Shown: in pieces, positions 10,167 through 19,221 of the stretch
Layout: each line of letters begins with the position of its first letter
How positions within the stretch are numbered: position 1 is the stretch's first letter
NCBI GenBank assembly: GCA_964236265.1
Contig: CAXSDE010000006.1
Span: 17,895 to 81,894, forward strand
Reading direction: 5' to 3'
DNA from: an uncultured bacterium
GTDB taxonomy: Bacteria > Actinomycetota > Actinomycetes > JAVEEB01
Length of the DNA: 64,000 nucleotides
Notes under the pieces: model-generated
What the model was told of the DNA's origin: nothing
What the model saw: only the letters and a program-made list of their open reading frames with translations
The model's database searches: none
Program-made: the position numbers and the translations under genes

Positions 10167-12344
10167 CTACGGCAGCGCACGGAGCACGGCGAAGCTGCGG
10201 GGCAGCCGCGCGAGCCTGTCCCCGGGGCGGCGCTCGAGCGGTTCGGCGGGCTCCTCGGCGAGCGGCTGGCCCGTGTCGAGGACGAGCTCGTACGACGACG
10301 CCCACGGGGCGCCGGGAAGGACGAAGTCGACGGGCTCCCCGGCGGCATGCAGCAACAGCAGGAAGGAATCGTCGACGATCGCACCGCCGCGCGCGTCCCG
10401 CGTGCGGATTCCGCTTCCCGACAGATACATGCCGATCGTGCGCGCAGCCGGAGCCAGCCAGTCCGAGACGCTCATCTCCTCGCCGCTCGGGGTGAACCAG
10501 GCGAGGTCCTTCACGCCTCCCTTGCCAACGGGGCGGCCCAGGAAGAAGGCGCGCTGCCGGAAGACGGGATGCGTGCGCCGCAGATGGATGAGGAGCTTGG
10601 AGAGCTCGAGCAGGCTCGCCTCCTTCTCCGCAAGATCCCAGTCGAGGTGCGAGACGTCGTTGTCCTGGCAGTAGGCGTTGTTGTTACCGCCTTGGCTGCG
10701 GCCCATCTCGTCACCCGCGACGAGCATCGGCACGCCGGTCGACAAGAGCAACGTCGCCAGGAGATTGCGGACCTGACGCGCCCGCAGCTCGTTGATGGCC
10801 GCATTGTCCGTGTCTCCCTCGACGCCGCAGTTCCACGAACGGTTGTCGTCCGTCCCGTCGCGGTTGCCTTCGCCGTTCGCTTCGTTGTGTTTGCCGTTGT
10901 ACGACACGAGGTCGCGCATCGTGAACCCGTCGTGCGCCGTGATGAAGTTGATGGATGCGTACGGGCGCCGGCCGTCGTCCTGGTACAGGTCGCTCGAGCC
11001 GCTGAGTCGGAAGCCGAGCTCGGCGACGCCCGTCTCCGCGCCACGCCAGAAGTCGCGGACCGTATCGCGGTACTTTCCGTTCCACTCCGTCCACAGCGGC
11101 GGGAACTCCCCGACCTGGTAGCCGCCCGGGCCGATGTCCCACGGCTCCGCGATCAGCTTCACCTGACTGACGATCGGGTCCTGCTGGATGACGTCGAAGA
11201 AGGCCGACAGCTTGTTGACCTTGTGGAAGCTGCGCGCCAGTGCTGATGCGAGGTCGAAGCGAAAGCCGTCGACGTGCATGTCGGTCACCCAGTAGCGCAG
11301 CGAGTCCATGATCAGTTGCAACACGTGCGGGTGCTGGGCGTTGAGCGTGTTGCCGGTGCCCGTGAAGTCCATGTAGCAACGCGGATCGTCGTCGCGGAGC
11401 AGGTAGTAGGCGCGGTTGTCGATGCCGCGGAAGGAGAGTGTCGGGCCGAGCTCGTTGCCTTCGGCCGTGTGGTTGTAGACCACGTCGAGGATGACCTCGA
11501 TGCCGGCCGCGTGCATCGCGCGGACCATCGCCTTGAATTCGCGGACCTGCTCACCGCTGCGCCCACCGGCGGAGAACGCAGCGTGGGGCGCGAAGTAGCC
11601 GAGCGTGTTGTAGCCCCAGTAGTTGGTGAGGCCTTTCTCGAGGAGGAACGGCTCACTGACGAAGTGGTGGGTCGGCAGCAGCTCGATGCTCGTGATCCCG
11701 AGACCGGTCAGGTGCTCGATGGCCGCCGGGTGTGCCAGGCCGGCGTAGGTGCCGCGCAGCGTATCCGGGATGTCGGGGTGGCGGGCCGTGAACCCTTTGA
11801 CGTGCAACTCATAGATGACGGTGTCGGCCCACGGGATGAGCGGGCGCCGGTCATCACCCCAGGGGAAGGAGTCCTGGACGACGACGGACCGCGGCACGTA
11901 CGGCGCGGAGTCCCGGTGGTCCTGCACCGTGTCGTCGCGGCCGGGGGGATGGCCGAACAGGGCGTCGTCGAGGCGCAGCTCACCGTCGAATGCCTTCGCG
12001 TACGGGTCGGTGAGCAGCTTCGACGGGTTCCACCGCAGGCCGCGCGCCGGATCGAACGGACCGTCGACCCGGAAGCCGTAACGCTGTCCCGGGCCGATCT
12101 GCGGCAGGTAGCCGTGCCAGATGTGGGTGGTCGTCTCTTCGAGCGCGACCCGCGTCTCGGTCTCGTGGTGCGCCGCGTCCCCGTCCCCGGACCCACCGTC
12201 GAACAGGCAGATGTCGACGGCCTCCGCGCTGGGAGCGTAGATCGCGAAGTTGGTGCCTTCGCCGTCCCAGGTGGCGCCGAGCGGGTTCGGGCGGCCTGGC
12301 CAGGAGCGCAAGGCGCCTGCGGTGCGGGGCGGAACGTGCGGCAT
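10167..12344 (-). CDS. glgX: glycogen debranching enzyme (isoamylase type)
   Basis: GH13 GlgX blocks are present: NPLGATWDGEGTNFAIYAPSAE, GYNTLGYFAPHAAF, DGFRFDLASAL and VSYNGKHNEANGE. I chose ATG 12344 (MPHVPPRTAG), because the 134 codons upstream in the ORF are Arg/Gly junk. Confidence 0.93.
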   Translation of the reverse strand: MPHVPPRTAGALRSWPGRPNPLGATWDGEGTNFAIYAPSAEAVDICLFDGGSGDGDAAHHETETRVALEETTTHIWHGYLPQIGPGQRYGFRVDGPFDPARGLRWNPSKLLTDPYAKAFDGELRLDDALFGHPPGRDDTVQDHRDSAPYVPRSVVVQDSFPWGDDRRPLIPWADTVIYELHVKGFTARHPDIPDTLRGTYAGLAHPAAIEHLTGLGITSIELLPTHHFVSEPFLLEKGLTNYWGYNTLGYFAPHAAFSAGGRSGEQVREFKAMVRAMHAAGIEVILDVVYNHTAEGNELGPTLSFRGIDNRAYYLLRDDDPRCYMDFTGTGNTLNAQHPHVLQLIMDSLRYWVTDMHVDGFRFDLASALARSFHKVNKLSAFFDVIQQDPIVSQVKLIAEPWDIGPGGYQVGEFPPLWTEWNGKYRDTVRDFWRGAETGVAELGFRLSGSSDLYQDDGRRPYASINFITAHDGFTMRDLVSYNGKHNEANGEGNRDGTDDNRSWNCGVEGDTDNAAINELRARQVRNLLATLLLSTGVPMLVAGDEMGRSQGGNNNAYCQDNDVSHLDWDLAEKEASLLELSKLLIHLRRTHPVFRQRAFFLGRPVGKGGVKDLAWFTPSGEEMSVSDWLAPAARTIGMYLSGSGIRTRDARGGAIVDDSFLLLLHAAGEPVDFVLPGAPWASSYELVLDTGQPLAEEPAEPLERRPGDRLARLPRSFAVLRALP

Positions 12345-12446
12345 GGACAGCAGTCTGCCGTAGTGCTTTCCCAGGGTGCGCAGATCCCCGCGCCTGCTCC
12401 GCGGGCGCGTCCTCAAGCGGCTCGGCGCGGACGCCGACAGGCAACC

Positions 12447-13292
12447 GTGACCATCATCCCAGCCGGTGCCCCGCGCCGTTCCCGGCCGTCCGCGCCGAGC
12501 CCTGTCGTCATCGCCGCGATCGTGTGCGTGCTCGTCGCGTTGGTGGCCGGCGCGTATGCGCTGACCCGCCCCGCCGCGCCGCCGCCCGCGTCGGTGCCGC
12601 CCGCCAAGGTGGCCGCGGCGACCCCGAAGGCCACGGCCACCTCCCCGGTGGCGCCGTCGTCGGGGGCGGCGGCTGCCGCGATCAAGCGGGCCCGGGCTGC
12701 TGCACTCGCCGCGGGTTGGGCGCATGTCGCCGTCACGGTCAAGCACGGATCCGCGGCTGTGAGCATCGCCCAGGACTCCGGGATCTCCGATGGCGCCCAG
12801 CGCATCGCCATGGGTGCTGCGCGGGTGACGGTGCTCGTGATTGCCGACCGCACGTTCGTCAGCGGCAACCGGGCAGGCCTGGCGAAGATGTACCGGGCGT
12901 CAGCTGCCGACCTCCGGAAGTGGACCGGCCACTGGCTCCGGCTGCTGCCGGGGGACGGCGCGTACGCCGGTGTCACCAAGGGCGTGACGATGGCGTCGGT
13001 CCTGGATGAAACGACCGTGCGGCCTCCCTTCACGATGGTGGCGGCCCGTACCCTGCACGGCCAGAAGGTGATCGGTGTGCGCGGAAAGGCCGGCGCCGAC
13101 CAGCCCGCCTCCTCGATCGTGACGCTGTGGATCGCCGTCGACACGTATCTGCCTGTCGAATACCAGGCGACGTCGGCCGACGGCGGAAGCGGCACGACGG
13201 CGATCTTCTCGAAGTGGGGCACGGCGGTGGACCTGACGGCACCCGACAACCTCGTGGTCACGAAGTCTCGCCCACAGATCATCGGCGCCTGA
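12447..13292 (+). CDS. membrane-anchored exported protein, unknown function
   Basis: This is the 3' part of the long 11274..13292 ORF; the upstream part is antisense to glgX. From GTG 12447 it has a TM anchor (VVIAAIVCVLVALVAGAYAL) and an Ala/Pro linker. A non-repetitive ~200-aa domain with high third-position GC follows. Confidence 0.55.
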   Translation: MTIIPAGAPRRSRPSAPSPVVIAAIVCVLVALVAGAYALTRPAAPPPASVPPAKVAAATPKATATSPVAPSSGAAAAAIKRARAAALAAGWAHVAVTVKHGSAAVSIAQDSGISDGAQRIAMGAARVTVLVIADRTFVSGNRAGLAKMYRASAADLRKWTGHWLRLLPGDGAYAGVTKGVTMASVLDETTVRPPFTMVAARTLHGQKVIGVRGKAGADQPASSIVTLWIAVDTYLPVEYQATSADGGSGTTAIFSKWGTAVDLTAPDNLVVTKSRPQIIGA

Positions 13293-13304
13293 CGAGACGC
13301 CCGC

Positions 13305-13364
13305 CAGCACTGCGGTCGGCAGCACTGCCGTCGCCAGCACCGTCGTCGGCAGCACCGTCGTCGC
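13305..13364. repeat. 15-bp tandem repeat x4 (CAGCACTGCGGTCGG-like), intergenic upstream of iscS
   Basis: Read directly. Units occupy 13305-13319, 13320-13334, 13335-13349 and 13350-13364, with 1-3 substitutions each. Confidence 0.85.
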
Positions 13365-13384
13365 GGGTCGCCTAGGCTGACGGG

Positions 13385-14566
13385 GTGAGCTACTTCGACC
13401 ACGGGGCGAGCACGCCCATGCGCCCCGAGGCGCTCGCCGCGATGACGGAGCAACTCGGCCGGTTTGGCAACGCCTCCTCGCTGCACTCCGTCGGCCGCAA
13501 CGCCCGCCGCACGCTCGAGGAGGCCCGCGAGCGGCTCGCCGCCGCGCTCGGGGCCGAGCCGTACGACGTGCTCTTCACCTCCGGCGGCACCGAGGCCGAC
13601 AACCTGGCCGTCAAGGGCATCGCCTGGGCGCGGCGCGCCGCCGACCCGCGCCGCACAGTCCTGGCGATCAGTGCCGTCGAACACCACGCGGTGCTCGATG
13701 CCGTGGCCTGGCTGGTGCGCGAGCAGGGTTTCGTCGTCGAGGTGCTGCCGGTCGACGCGGCCGGCCTGGTCAGCGAGGACGCGCTCGCGACGCTCCTGCG
13801 GCACCGCGCGGACGAGGTCGCCCTCGTCGCCGTGATGTACGCCAACAACGAGGTCGGCACCATCCAGCCCGTCGCCGCCCTGTCGGCGCTGGCCCGCTCG
13901 CACGGAGTGCCGTTCCACACCGACGCCGTGCAGGCCGTCGGCGCGGTGCCGGTCGACCTGTCCGCGGCGCCCGTCGACTCACTCGCCCTCACCGGGCACA
14001 AGCTCGGCGGGCCACCGGGCGTCGGCGCTCTCGTCCTGCAGCGCCACATCGCGTGCGCGCCGCTCCTGCACGGCGGGGGGCAGGAACGTGACGTGCGCAG
14101 CGGCACGTACGATGTCCCGTCGGTGGTCGGCCTGTCCGTCGCGGTGCAGGCCGCAGTGCGGGGGCTGACCGACGAGAGTGCCCGGATCGGCGCGTTGCGC
14201 GACGACCTCGTGAGCCGCGTCCTCAGCTCGGTGCCCGGCGTCTCGCGCAACGGCGGCCTCGACGGCCTGCCCGGCAACGCCCACCTCACGTTCGCCGATT
14301 GTGACGGCGACGCTCTGCTCATGCTGCTCGACGCCACGGGCATCCAGTGCGCCACCGGCGCGGCGTGCGCGGCCGGTGTGGCGGAGCCCAGCCATGTGCT
14401 GTTGGCGATGGGCCGCACGGTCGCCGAGGCGCGCGGCTCCTTGCGCTTCTCGCTCGGCCACCCGACGACGGCGGCGGATGTCGACGCCCTCGTCGAGGCG
14501 CTGCCCGCCGCGGTCACGCGCGCGCGTGAGGTGCGGCGCGTGGCCCTGGCCCGGCGGGCCGGCTGA
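13385..14566 (+). CDS. iscS: cysteine desulfurase (class V aminotransferase, NifS/IscS type)
   Basis: 393 aa. [29 protein letters not shown] and [18 protein letters not shown] (PLP lysine) are characteristic. The stop overlaps the mnmA start (TGATG). Confidence 0.9.
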   Translation: MSYFDHGASTPMRPEALAAMTEQLGRFGNASSLHSVGRNARRTLEEARERLAAALGAEPYDVLFTSGGTEADNLAVKGIAWARRAADPRRTVLAISAVEHHAVLDAVAWLVREQGFVVEVLPVDAAGLVSEDALATLLRHRADEVALVAVMYANNEVGTIQPVAALSALARSHGVPFHTDAVQAVGAVPVDLSAAPVDSLALTGHKLGGPPGVGALVLQRHIACAPLLHGGGQERDVRSGTYDVPSVVGLSVAVQAAVRGLTDESARIGALRDDLVSRVLSSVPGVSRNGGLDGLPGNAHLTFADCDGDALLMLLDATGIQCATGAACAAGVAEPSHVLLAMGRTVAEARGSLRFSLGHPTTAADVDALVEALPAAVTRAREVRRVALARRAG

Positions 14567-15657
14567 TGCGCGTCCTCGCGGCCATGTCGGGCGGTGTCGA
14601 CTCGGCGGTCGCCGCCGCGCGTGCCGTCGAGGCCGGCCACGAGGTGGTCGGCGTACACCTTGCGCTTTCTCAAGCACCACAGACGTTGCGGACCGGCGCG
14701 CGCGGGTGTTGCACCGTCGAGGATGCGCGCGACGCACGCCGGGCCGCGGACGTCCTGGGCATCCCGTTCTACGTGTGGGACATGGCGACGGAGTTCCGCG
14801 AGGAGGTGCTGGACGACTTCGTCGCGGAGTATGCGGCCGGCCGCACCCCCAACCCGTGCCTGCGGTGCAACGAGAAGATCAAGTTTGCCGCGGTGCTCGA
14901 GCGCGCTCTCGCGCTCGGCTTCGATGCCGTCGCGACGGGCCACCACGCGCGCCTCATCGGAGGGCCGCGCGGCCGGGAGCTGCACCGCAGCGTCGACATC
15001 GGCAAGGACCAGTCGTACGTGCTCGCCGTCCTCACCGCGGAGCAGCTGTCGCGGGCGATGTTTCCATTGGGGGATTACACGAAGGACGAGGTGCGCGCCG
15101 AGGCGGCGCGCCGCGGATTGGGTGTCGCGGACAAGCCCGACAGTCACGACGTGTGCTTCATCGCCGACGGCGACACAGCCGGGTTTCTCCAGCGTGCCAT
15201 CGGAAAGCAGCCCGGCGCGATCGTCGACGCGGTGTCCGGGGCCGAGCTCGGCCGCCACGACGGCGCGTATGCCTACACCGTCGGGCAGCGTCAGCGCCTC
15301 GGGCTCACCGTGCCGGCCCCCGACGGCCGCCCCCGGTACGTTCTGTCCATCGAGCCGGTCAGCCGCACCGTCACGGTCGGCCCGGCGGAGGCGCTCGACG
15401 TCCGGCAGCTGACCGGCGACCGGATCCGCTGGTGCGGCTCGGCGCCGACGACGGCGCCGGCGTCGACGTCGACATCGACGTCCTTTTTCGCGGCCGTGCA
15501 GGTGCGGGCCCACGGGGCGACGGCGCCCGGCACGGTCACGGTCACGGGCGACGTGGCGTCGGTGTCGTTGACGGAGCCGGTGCGCGGGATCGCCGCGGGA
15601 CAGGCAATGGTCTGGTACGACGGGACGCGCGTCCTCGGGTCGGCGACCCTCGTCTGA
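14566..15657 (+). CDS. mnmA: tRNA-specific 2-thiouridylase
   Basis: 363 aa. [18 protein letters not shown] is the PP-loop SGGxDS motif. [12 protein letters not shown] and GKDQSYVL are also present. It forms the conserved pair with iscS. Confidence 0.93.
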   Translation: MRVLAAMSGGVDSAVAAARAVEAGHEVVGVHLALSQAPQTLRTGARGCCTVEDARDARRAADVLGIPFYVWDMATEFREEVLDDFVAEYAAGRTPNPCLRCNEKIKFAAVLERALALGFDAVATGHHARLIGGPRGRELHRSVDIGKDQSYVLAVLTAEQLSRAMFPLGDYTKDEVRAEAARRGLGVADKPDSHDVCFIADGDTAGFLQRAIGKQPGAIVDAVSGAELGRHDGAYAYTVGQRQRLGLTVPAPDGRPRYVLSIEPVSRTVTVGPAEALDVRQLTGDRIRWCGSAPTTAPASTSTSTSFFAAVQVRAHGATAPGTVTVTGDVASVSLTEPVRGIAAGQAMVWYDGTRVLGSATLV

Positions 15658-15687
15658 GTCCGGCTGGCAGGTTGGGCTGGCAGTGGG

Positions 15688-15984
15688 CTAGCAGTCGTGA
15701 ACGGCCGTGAAGTGCTCGACGACGGGGAACGGGTCGTAGAAGTGGTGCAGCAGGGCGCGCCACTCGTCGTACTGCGGTGAGCCGCGGAACCCGTCCTTGT
15801 GGTCCTCGAGCGTTGCCCATTGCACCAGCAACAGGTAGGTGCTGGGCCGCTCGATGCAGCGGGTGAGGGAGAGGCGCTGGAAACCCGGCATCGACGCGAT
15901 GATCGGGGCGGCCGTCGGAAAGGTCGCCTCGAAGTCTTCCTCGTTGCCGGGGCGGACGGGGAGCAGGACGTGTTCGAGGATCAT
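15688..15984 (-). CDS. antibiotic-biosynthesis-monooxygenase (ABM, ferredoxin-like) domain protein
   Basis: The 98-aa size and pattern (FEATF...MPGFQRLSLTRCIERPSTYLLLVQWATLEDH) fit the ABM/YdhR-like fold. Confidence 0.7.
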   Translation of the reverse strand: MILEHVLLPVRPGNEEDFEATFPTAAPIIASMPGFQRLSLTRCIERPSTYLLLVQWATLEDHKDGFRGSPQYDEWRALLHHFYDPFPVVEHFTAVHDC

Positions 15985-16038
15985 GCGCGAAGGCTACTGA
16001 ATGGAGGCGTCCTGCGGTCCTCGGCCGGGTAGCAGTCT

Positions 16039-16962
16039 GTGACGCACCCGACGACGGAGATGACCATGGGCGACCAATACACGCAGCAGGACCCGACGAG
16101 TCAGCACGAGCAGCCCGACACGGCGGCGGAGAATGATCTCGACCACCCCGGGCTCACCTCCGACATGGAGGAGCGGCCCGACCACGGCGAGGACTCCTAC
16201 CGCGGCAGCGACCGCCTCAAGGGCAAGCGTGCCGTCATCACCGGCGGCGACTCCGGGATCGGTCGTGCTGTGGCGCTCGCCTTCGCCAGGGAGGGCGCAG
16301 ACGTCGTTCTCGCCTACCTGCCCCAGGAGGAGCAGGACGCGCAGCAGACGGTGGAGCTCGTCGAGGAGGCCGGACGACGAGCGGTGACGGTGCCCGGCGA
16401 CCTCACCCGGGAGGAGCAGTGCCGCGCGGTGATCGACACGGCGGTGCGGGAGCTCGGCGGCATCGACATCCTCGTCAACAACGCGGCGTATCAGATGGTG
16501 CAGATGGGCGGCATCGCCGACATCACCACCGAGCAGTTCGACCGGGTGCTCAAGACCAACCTCTACGCCATGTTCTGGCTGTGCAAGATGGCGATCCCGC
16601 ACATGCAGCCGGGGTCGTCCATCATCAACACCGGCTCGATCCAGGGCACGAAGCCCTCGCCGGAGCTCCTCGACTACGCCACGACGAAGGCGGGCATCCT
16701 CAACTTCACGAAGGCGCTGGCGGCTATGACGGCCGAGCAGGGGATCCGCGTCAACTGCGTCGCTCCCGGCCCGATCTGGACACCGCTCATCCCGGCCACG
16801 ATGCCGAAGGAGAAGGTGGCCTCCCACGGGGAGTCGACGCCGATGGGCCGCGCGGGACAGCCCGCCGAGGTGGCGCCGGCGTTCGTCTTCTTCGCCTCCC
16901 AGGAGGCCAGCTACGTCACCGGCGAGGCGCTCGGCGTGACAGGCGGCATCCCGACGGCGTGA
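16039..16962 (+). CDS. SDR-family NAD(P)-dependent oxidoreductase (general-stress YhxC/YdaD-like)
   Basis: The Rossmann motif is GKRAVITGGDSGIGRAVALAF. NNAAYQ is present and the SDR core follows. Confidence 0.88.
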   Translation: MTHPTTEMTMGDQYTQQDPTSQHEQPDTAAENDLDHPGLTSDMEERPDHGEDSYRGSDRLKGKRAVITGGDSGIGRAVALAFAREGADVVLAYLPQEEQDAQQTVELVEEAGRRAVTVPGDLTREEQCRAVIDTAVRELGGIDILVNNAAYQMVQMGGIADITTEQFDRVLKTNLYAMFWLCKMAIPHMQPGSSIINTGSIQGTKPSPELLDYATTKAGILNFTKALAAMTAEQGIRVNCVAPGPIWTPLIPATMPKEKVASHGESTPMGRAGQPAEVAPAFVFFASQEASYVTGEALGVTGGIPTA

Positions 16963-16963
16963 A

Positions 16964-17073
16964 CCGCGCCGCGGCACGTCGTGCACCGCGCTGCGGCACG
17001 TCGTGCACCGCGCCGCGGCACGTCGTGCACCGCGCCGCGGCACGTCGTGCACCGCGCCGCGGCGCGTCGTGCA
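16964..17073. repeat. 22-bp tandem repeat x5 (CCGCGCCGCGGCACGTCGTGCA) filling the convergent gap between the SDR and HNH genes
   Basis: Read directly. Units start at 16964, 16986, 17008, 17030 and 17052, with two single substitutions. Each unit carries two palindromes (CCGCGG and GCACG-T-CGTGC), so the array could fold into stacked hairpins. Confidence 0.92.
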
Positions 17074-17080
17074 CCGATAT

Positions 17081-18685
17081 CTAGAACGGTGGCTCGTCGT
17101 CGAGAGGTGGTGGAGTGCGCGGCGGTGGCGGTGGCGCCGGCTCGCGGTCGAGATCGCCCGGCTCGGCGGCGCGACGGACGGTCAGTGGACGCAGGTCCGG
17201 GTGCTCGGCCGGGTAGCGCAAGCCGGCACGCGTCACCCACTCGACGGTGCGTTCGTCGAGTTGGTGCACGGACAGGCAGCCACCATGCTTGGCGAGGTGG
17301 TGGTGCTCGCACAGGTTGTGCAGGTTGGAGACGTCGGTCGGGCCGCCCCGGGACGGATCGTCATGGTCGAACGGCGTGCGATGGTCGATGTCGCAGCGGA
17401 AGACCGGCGCGTTGCAGCGCGGCACGGTGCAGGTGCCCGCATCGCGGTGTCGCAGGAACTCGGCGATGCGCGGGCTGGGCCGGTAGCTGCGTGAGGACAA
17501 GCCGACCAGGTGGCCGTGGATCGCGTCGAGGATGAGCAGCTTCCACGGCGCATCGGCGGCGAGATCGCGCGCTGTGTCGGCGTCGATCGTGCCGTAGCCT
17601 TCGAGCGTCGCCGGGTGGTCGGCAAGGCCCAGCATGGTCTCGAGGTCTGTTGTCACAGCGATGGTGATCGGTGACCCGTGCTCTTCCGGCAGCGATGGAT
17701 CCGCGAGGGCGGCCCGCAGCACGTCGGTCAACGCGTCTGCCTGCCACTCCGCGAGGGTGCGCCCGTCGTCCGGCTGCCGGCGACGGTTGCGCCGTGCCAG
17801 CGCATCGACAGAGCGGTGACACACCGCGGCATCCGCGGCAGGCATGATCACGCGGAACGACGCCAACCCGTGCGGGAGGGGCCGCAGGGAGATGCCGCGC
17901 TTGGTCTTGGCGATGGCGGCGCGCTCGGCGGCCGTCCGCGGGTCGGCCTCGCGCAGTGCCTTGCGGACGACCGTCGTGAACTGACCGAGCACCTTTGTCC
18001 GGTGCGCCGGCCGCAGAGCCACCTCCTCGACCGCCCGCGCGGTGTCGGCATCGACGTCAGCGGTTTCGGTGACGAGGGCGCGGACGTGCGCGGCGCTGAT
18101 CTCGCCGTGGCGGAGGGCGGCGGCGGTCCGCGTCAAGACCCGGTGCAGTGTGCGGGCACTGGAGATCTGCCCGGCCGCGAAGGTGTCGGTCACCCCGAGA
18201 GCAAAGCCGATCTCGATCTCGCTTGCCGTTTGATCGAGGTCGGCCACCGGCCCGCGACCGCGCGACGGCCCGGCGAGGGCGAGCACGGACTCGTGCAATT
18301 GCGCTGTCGTCCAACGGGAGTGGCGCTCCCATAGGCGCAGGGCCCGGGCACGGTGGCTGTCGTCGAGCATCGGCGACTCGAGCCGCCGCAGCACCCCGGC
18401 GACGAACTCGTCGGGCTCGAGCGGCTCCAGCAGATCCAGGACGTCGTTGCTCGCAATGCCCCACTCGGCGAACGGCACGTCATAGGTCCAGCAGTCACGC
18501 AGATCAGCCACCGTGACGCCGCCGGCAACCGCGTGGTCAGCGCCAAGCGGCGTTGCGCGCCGGTCTGCGAGCAGACACTCGAGCGCGGCCGCGGACCATT
18601 CACCGGTGCCCCGTGCCGCTTCCCGGTGCTGCGCCGCCACCCCGGCGCGAACGAGCCGCCAGGACGGCGGAGGGGCACTGGGCAT
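17081..18685 (-). CDS. DUF222 / HNH endonuclease family protein (REP13E12-like)
   Basis: 534 aa. The C-terminal HNH block is CTVPRCNAPVFRCDIDHRTPFDHDDPSRGGPTDVSNLHNLCEHHHLAKHGG. The N-terminal two thirds resemble actinobacterial DUF222. Confidence 0.85.
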   Translation of the reverse strand: MPSAPPPSWRLVRAGVAAQHREAARGTGEWSAAALECLLADRRATPLGADHAVAGGVTVADLRDCWTYDVPFAEWGIASNDVLDLLEPLEPDEFVAGVLRRLESPMLDDSHRARALRLWERHSRWTTAQLHESVLALAGPSRGRGPVADLDQTASEIEIGFALGVTDTFAAGQISSARTLHRVLTRTAAALRHGEISAAHVRALVTETADVDADTARAVEEVALRPAHRTKVLGQFTTVVRKALREADPRTAAERAAIAKTKRGISLRPLPHGLASFRVIMPAADAAVCHRSVDALARRNRRRQPDDGRTLAEWQADALTDVLRAALADPSLPEEHGSPITIAVTTDLETMLGLADHPATLEGYGTIDADTARDLAADAPWKLLILDAIHGHLVGLSSRSYRPSPRIAEFLRHRDAGTCTVPRCNAPVFRCDIDHRTPFDHDDPSRGGPTDVSNLHNLCEHHHLAKHGGCLSVHQLDERTVEWVTRAGLRYPAEHPDLRPLTVRRAAEPGDLDREPAPPPPPRTPPPLDDEPPF

Positions 18686-18734
18686 GTGTTCTTTCTACCG
18701 GCAGCCTCCGACAAAAAAGCTGTGCCGTCGGCCC

Positions 18735-18798
18735 ATGAGTCACCGAAAGGATGAGTCACCGAAAGGATGAGTCACCGAAAGGATGAGTCAGCGAAGGA
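18735..18798. repeat. 16-bp tandem repeat x4 (ATGAGTCACCGAAAGG; last unit degenerate) just upstream of the HNH gene start
   Basis: Read directly. Units occupy 18735-18750, 18751-18766, 18767-18782 and 18783-18798. Confidence 0.9.
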
Positions 18799-19187
18799 CA
18801 ACACAAAGGCGTGAAGCGAACGCCAGCCCTGTCGCAACGACGACAACCAGCGGCAGTGCCACAACCGGAATATGCCCCGGTTCAATGACACCGATGAGGC
18901 ACAGCGTCGGTGCAAGCAACGGCACTGCAGCGCCAACGGCACTCGCTGACCGGGCCGCGCCGATGTCACCGGCGCGTCGCACGACCAGAAGCACCGCCGC
19001 GGCCGCGAACAGCGCGGACAGGAGGCCGAGAGCGGTTACCCACAGAAGTCCCTGTCCGACAGACGCAGCCAGGGAAAAGGAATGATGACGATGGCCCCGA
19101 GTGCTGCACGTCGTACCAACTCGTCCCGGTCAGCCAGACCATGCCCACGGTGCCGCCGCCCATCGCCCCGACGGCGGCGATGCGCAC
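18788..19187 (-). pseudogene. possible decayed small polytopic membrane-protein gene (hydrophobic segments split over three frames)
   Basis: Hydrophobic helix-like stretches lie in different minus-strand frames. They are MRIAAVGAMGGGTVGMVWL (19187 frame), AALGAIVIIPFPWL, and GLLWVTALGLLSALFAAAAVLLVV...VVALPLVVVVATGLAF (18994 frame). No single frame has a start plus continuity. Confidence 0.3.
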
Positions 19188-19221
19188 CGCGGGAAGCCAG
19201 CGACTCCGCTCGCCGCGTGGG

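Noticed and set aside
13390-15513. 707-aa minus-strand ORF spanning two genes
   Set aside because: It is antisense to both iscS and mnmA, which have unambiguous family motifs. The composition is dominated by Arg/Ala/Pro/Ser.
16964-17535. Several ORFs with the iterated text HRAAARRAPRRGTSCTAPR
   Set aside because: They are generated by reading through the 22-bp x5 array. 22 is not a multiple of 3, so the frames rotate. This is non-coding intergenic repeat.
9671-18798. The tandem repeat arrays as possible CRISPR arrays
   Set aside because: The units are contiguous with no unique spacers and are only 9-25 bp long. No cas genes lie nearby. They are minisatellites, not CRISPR.
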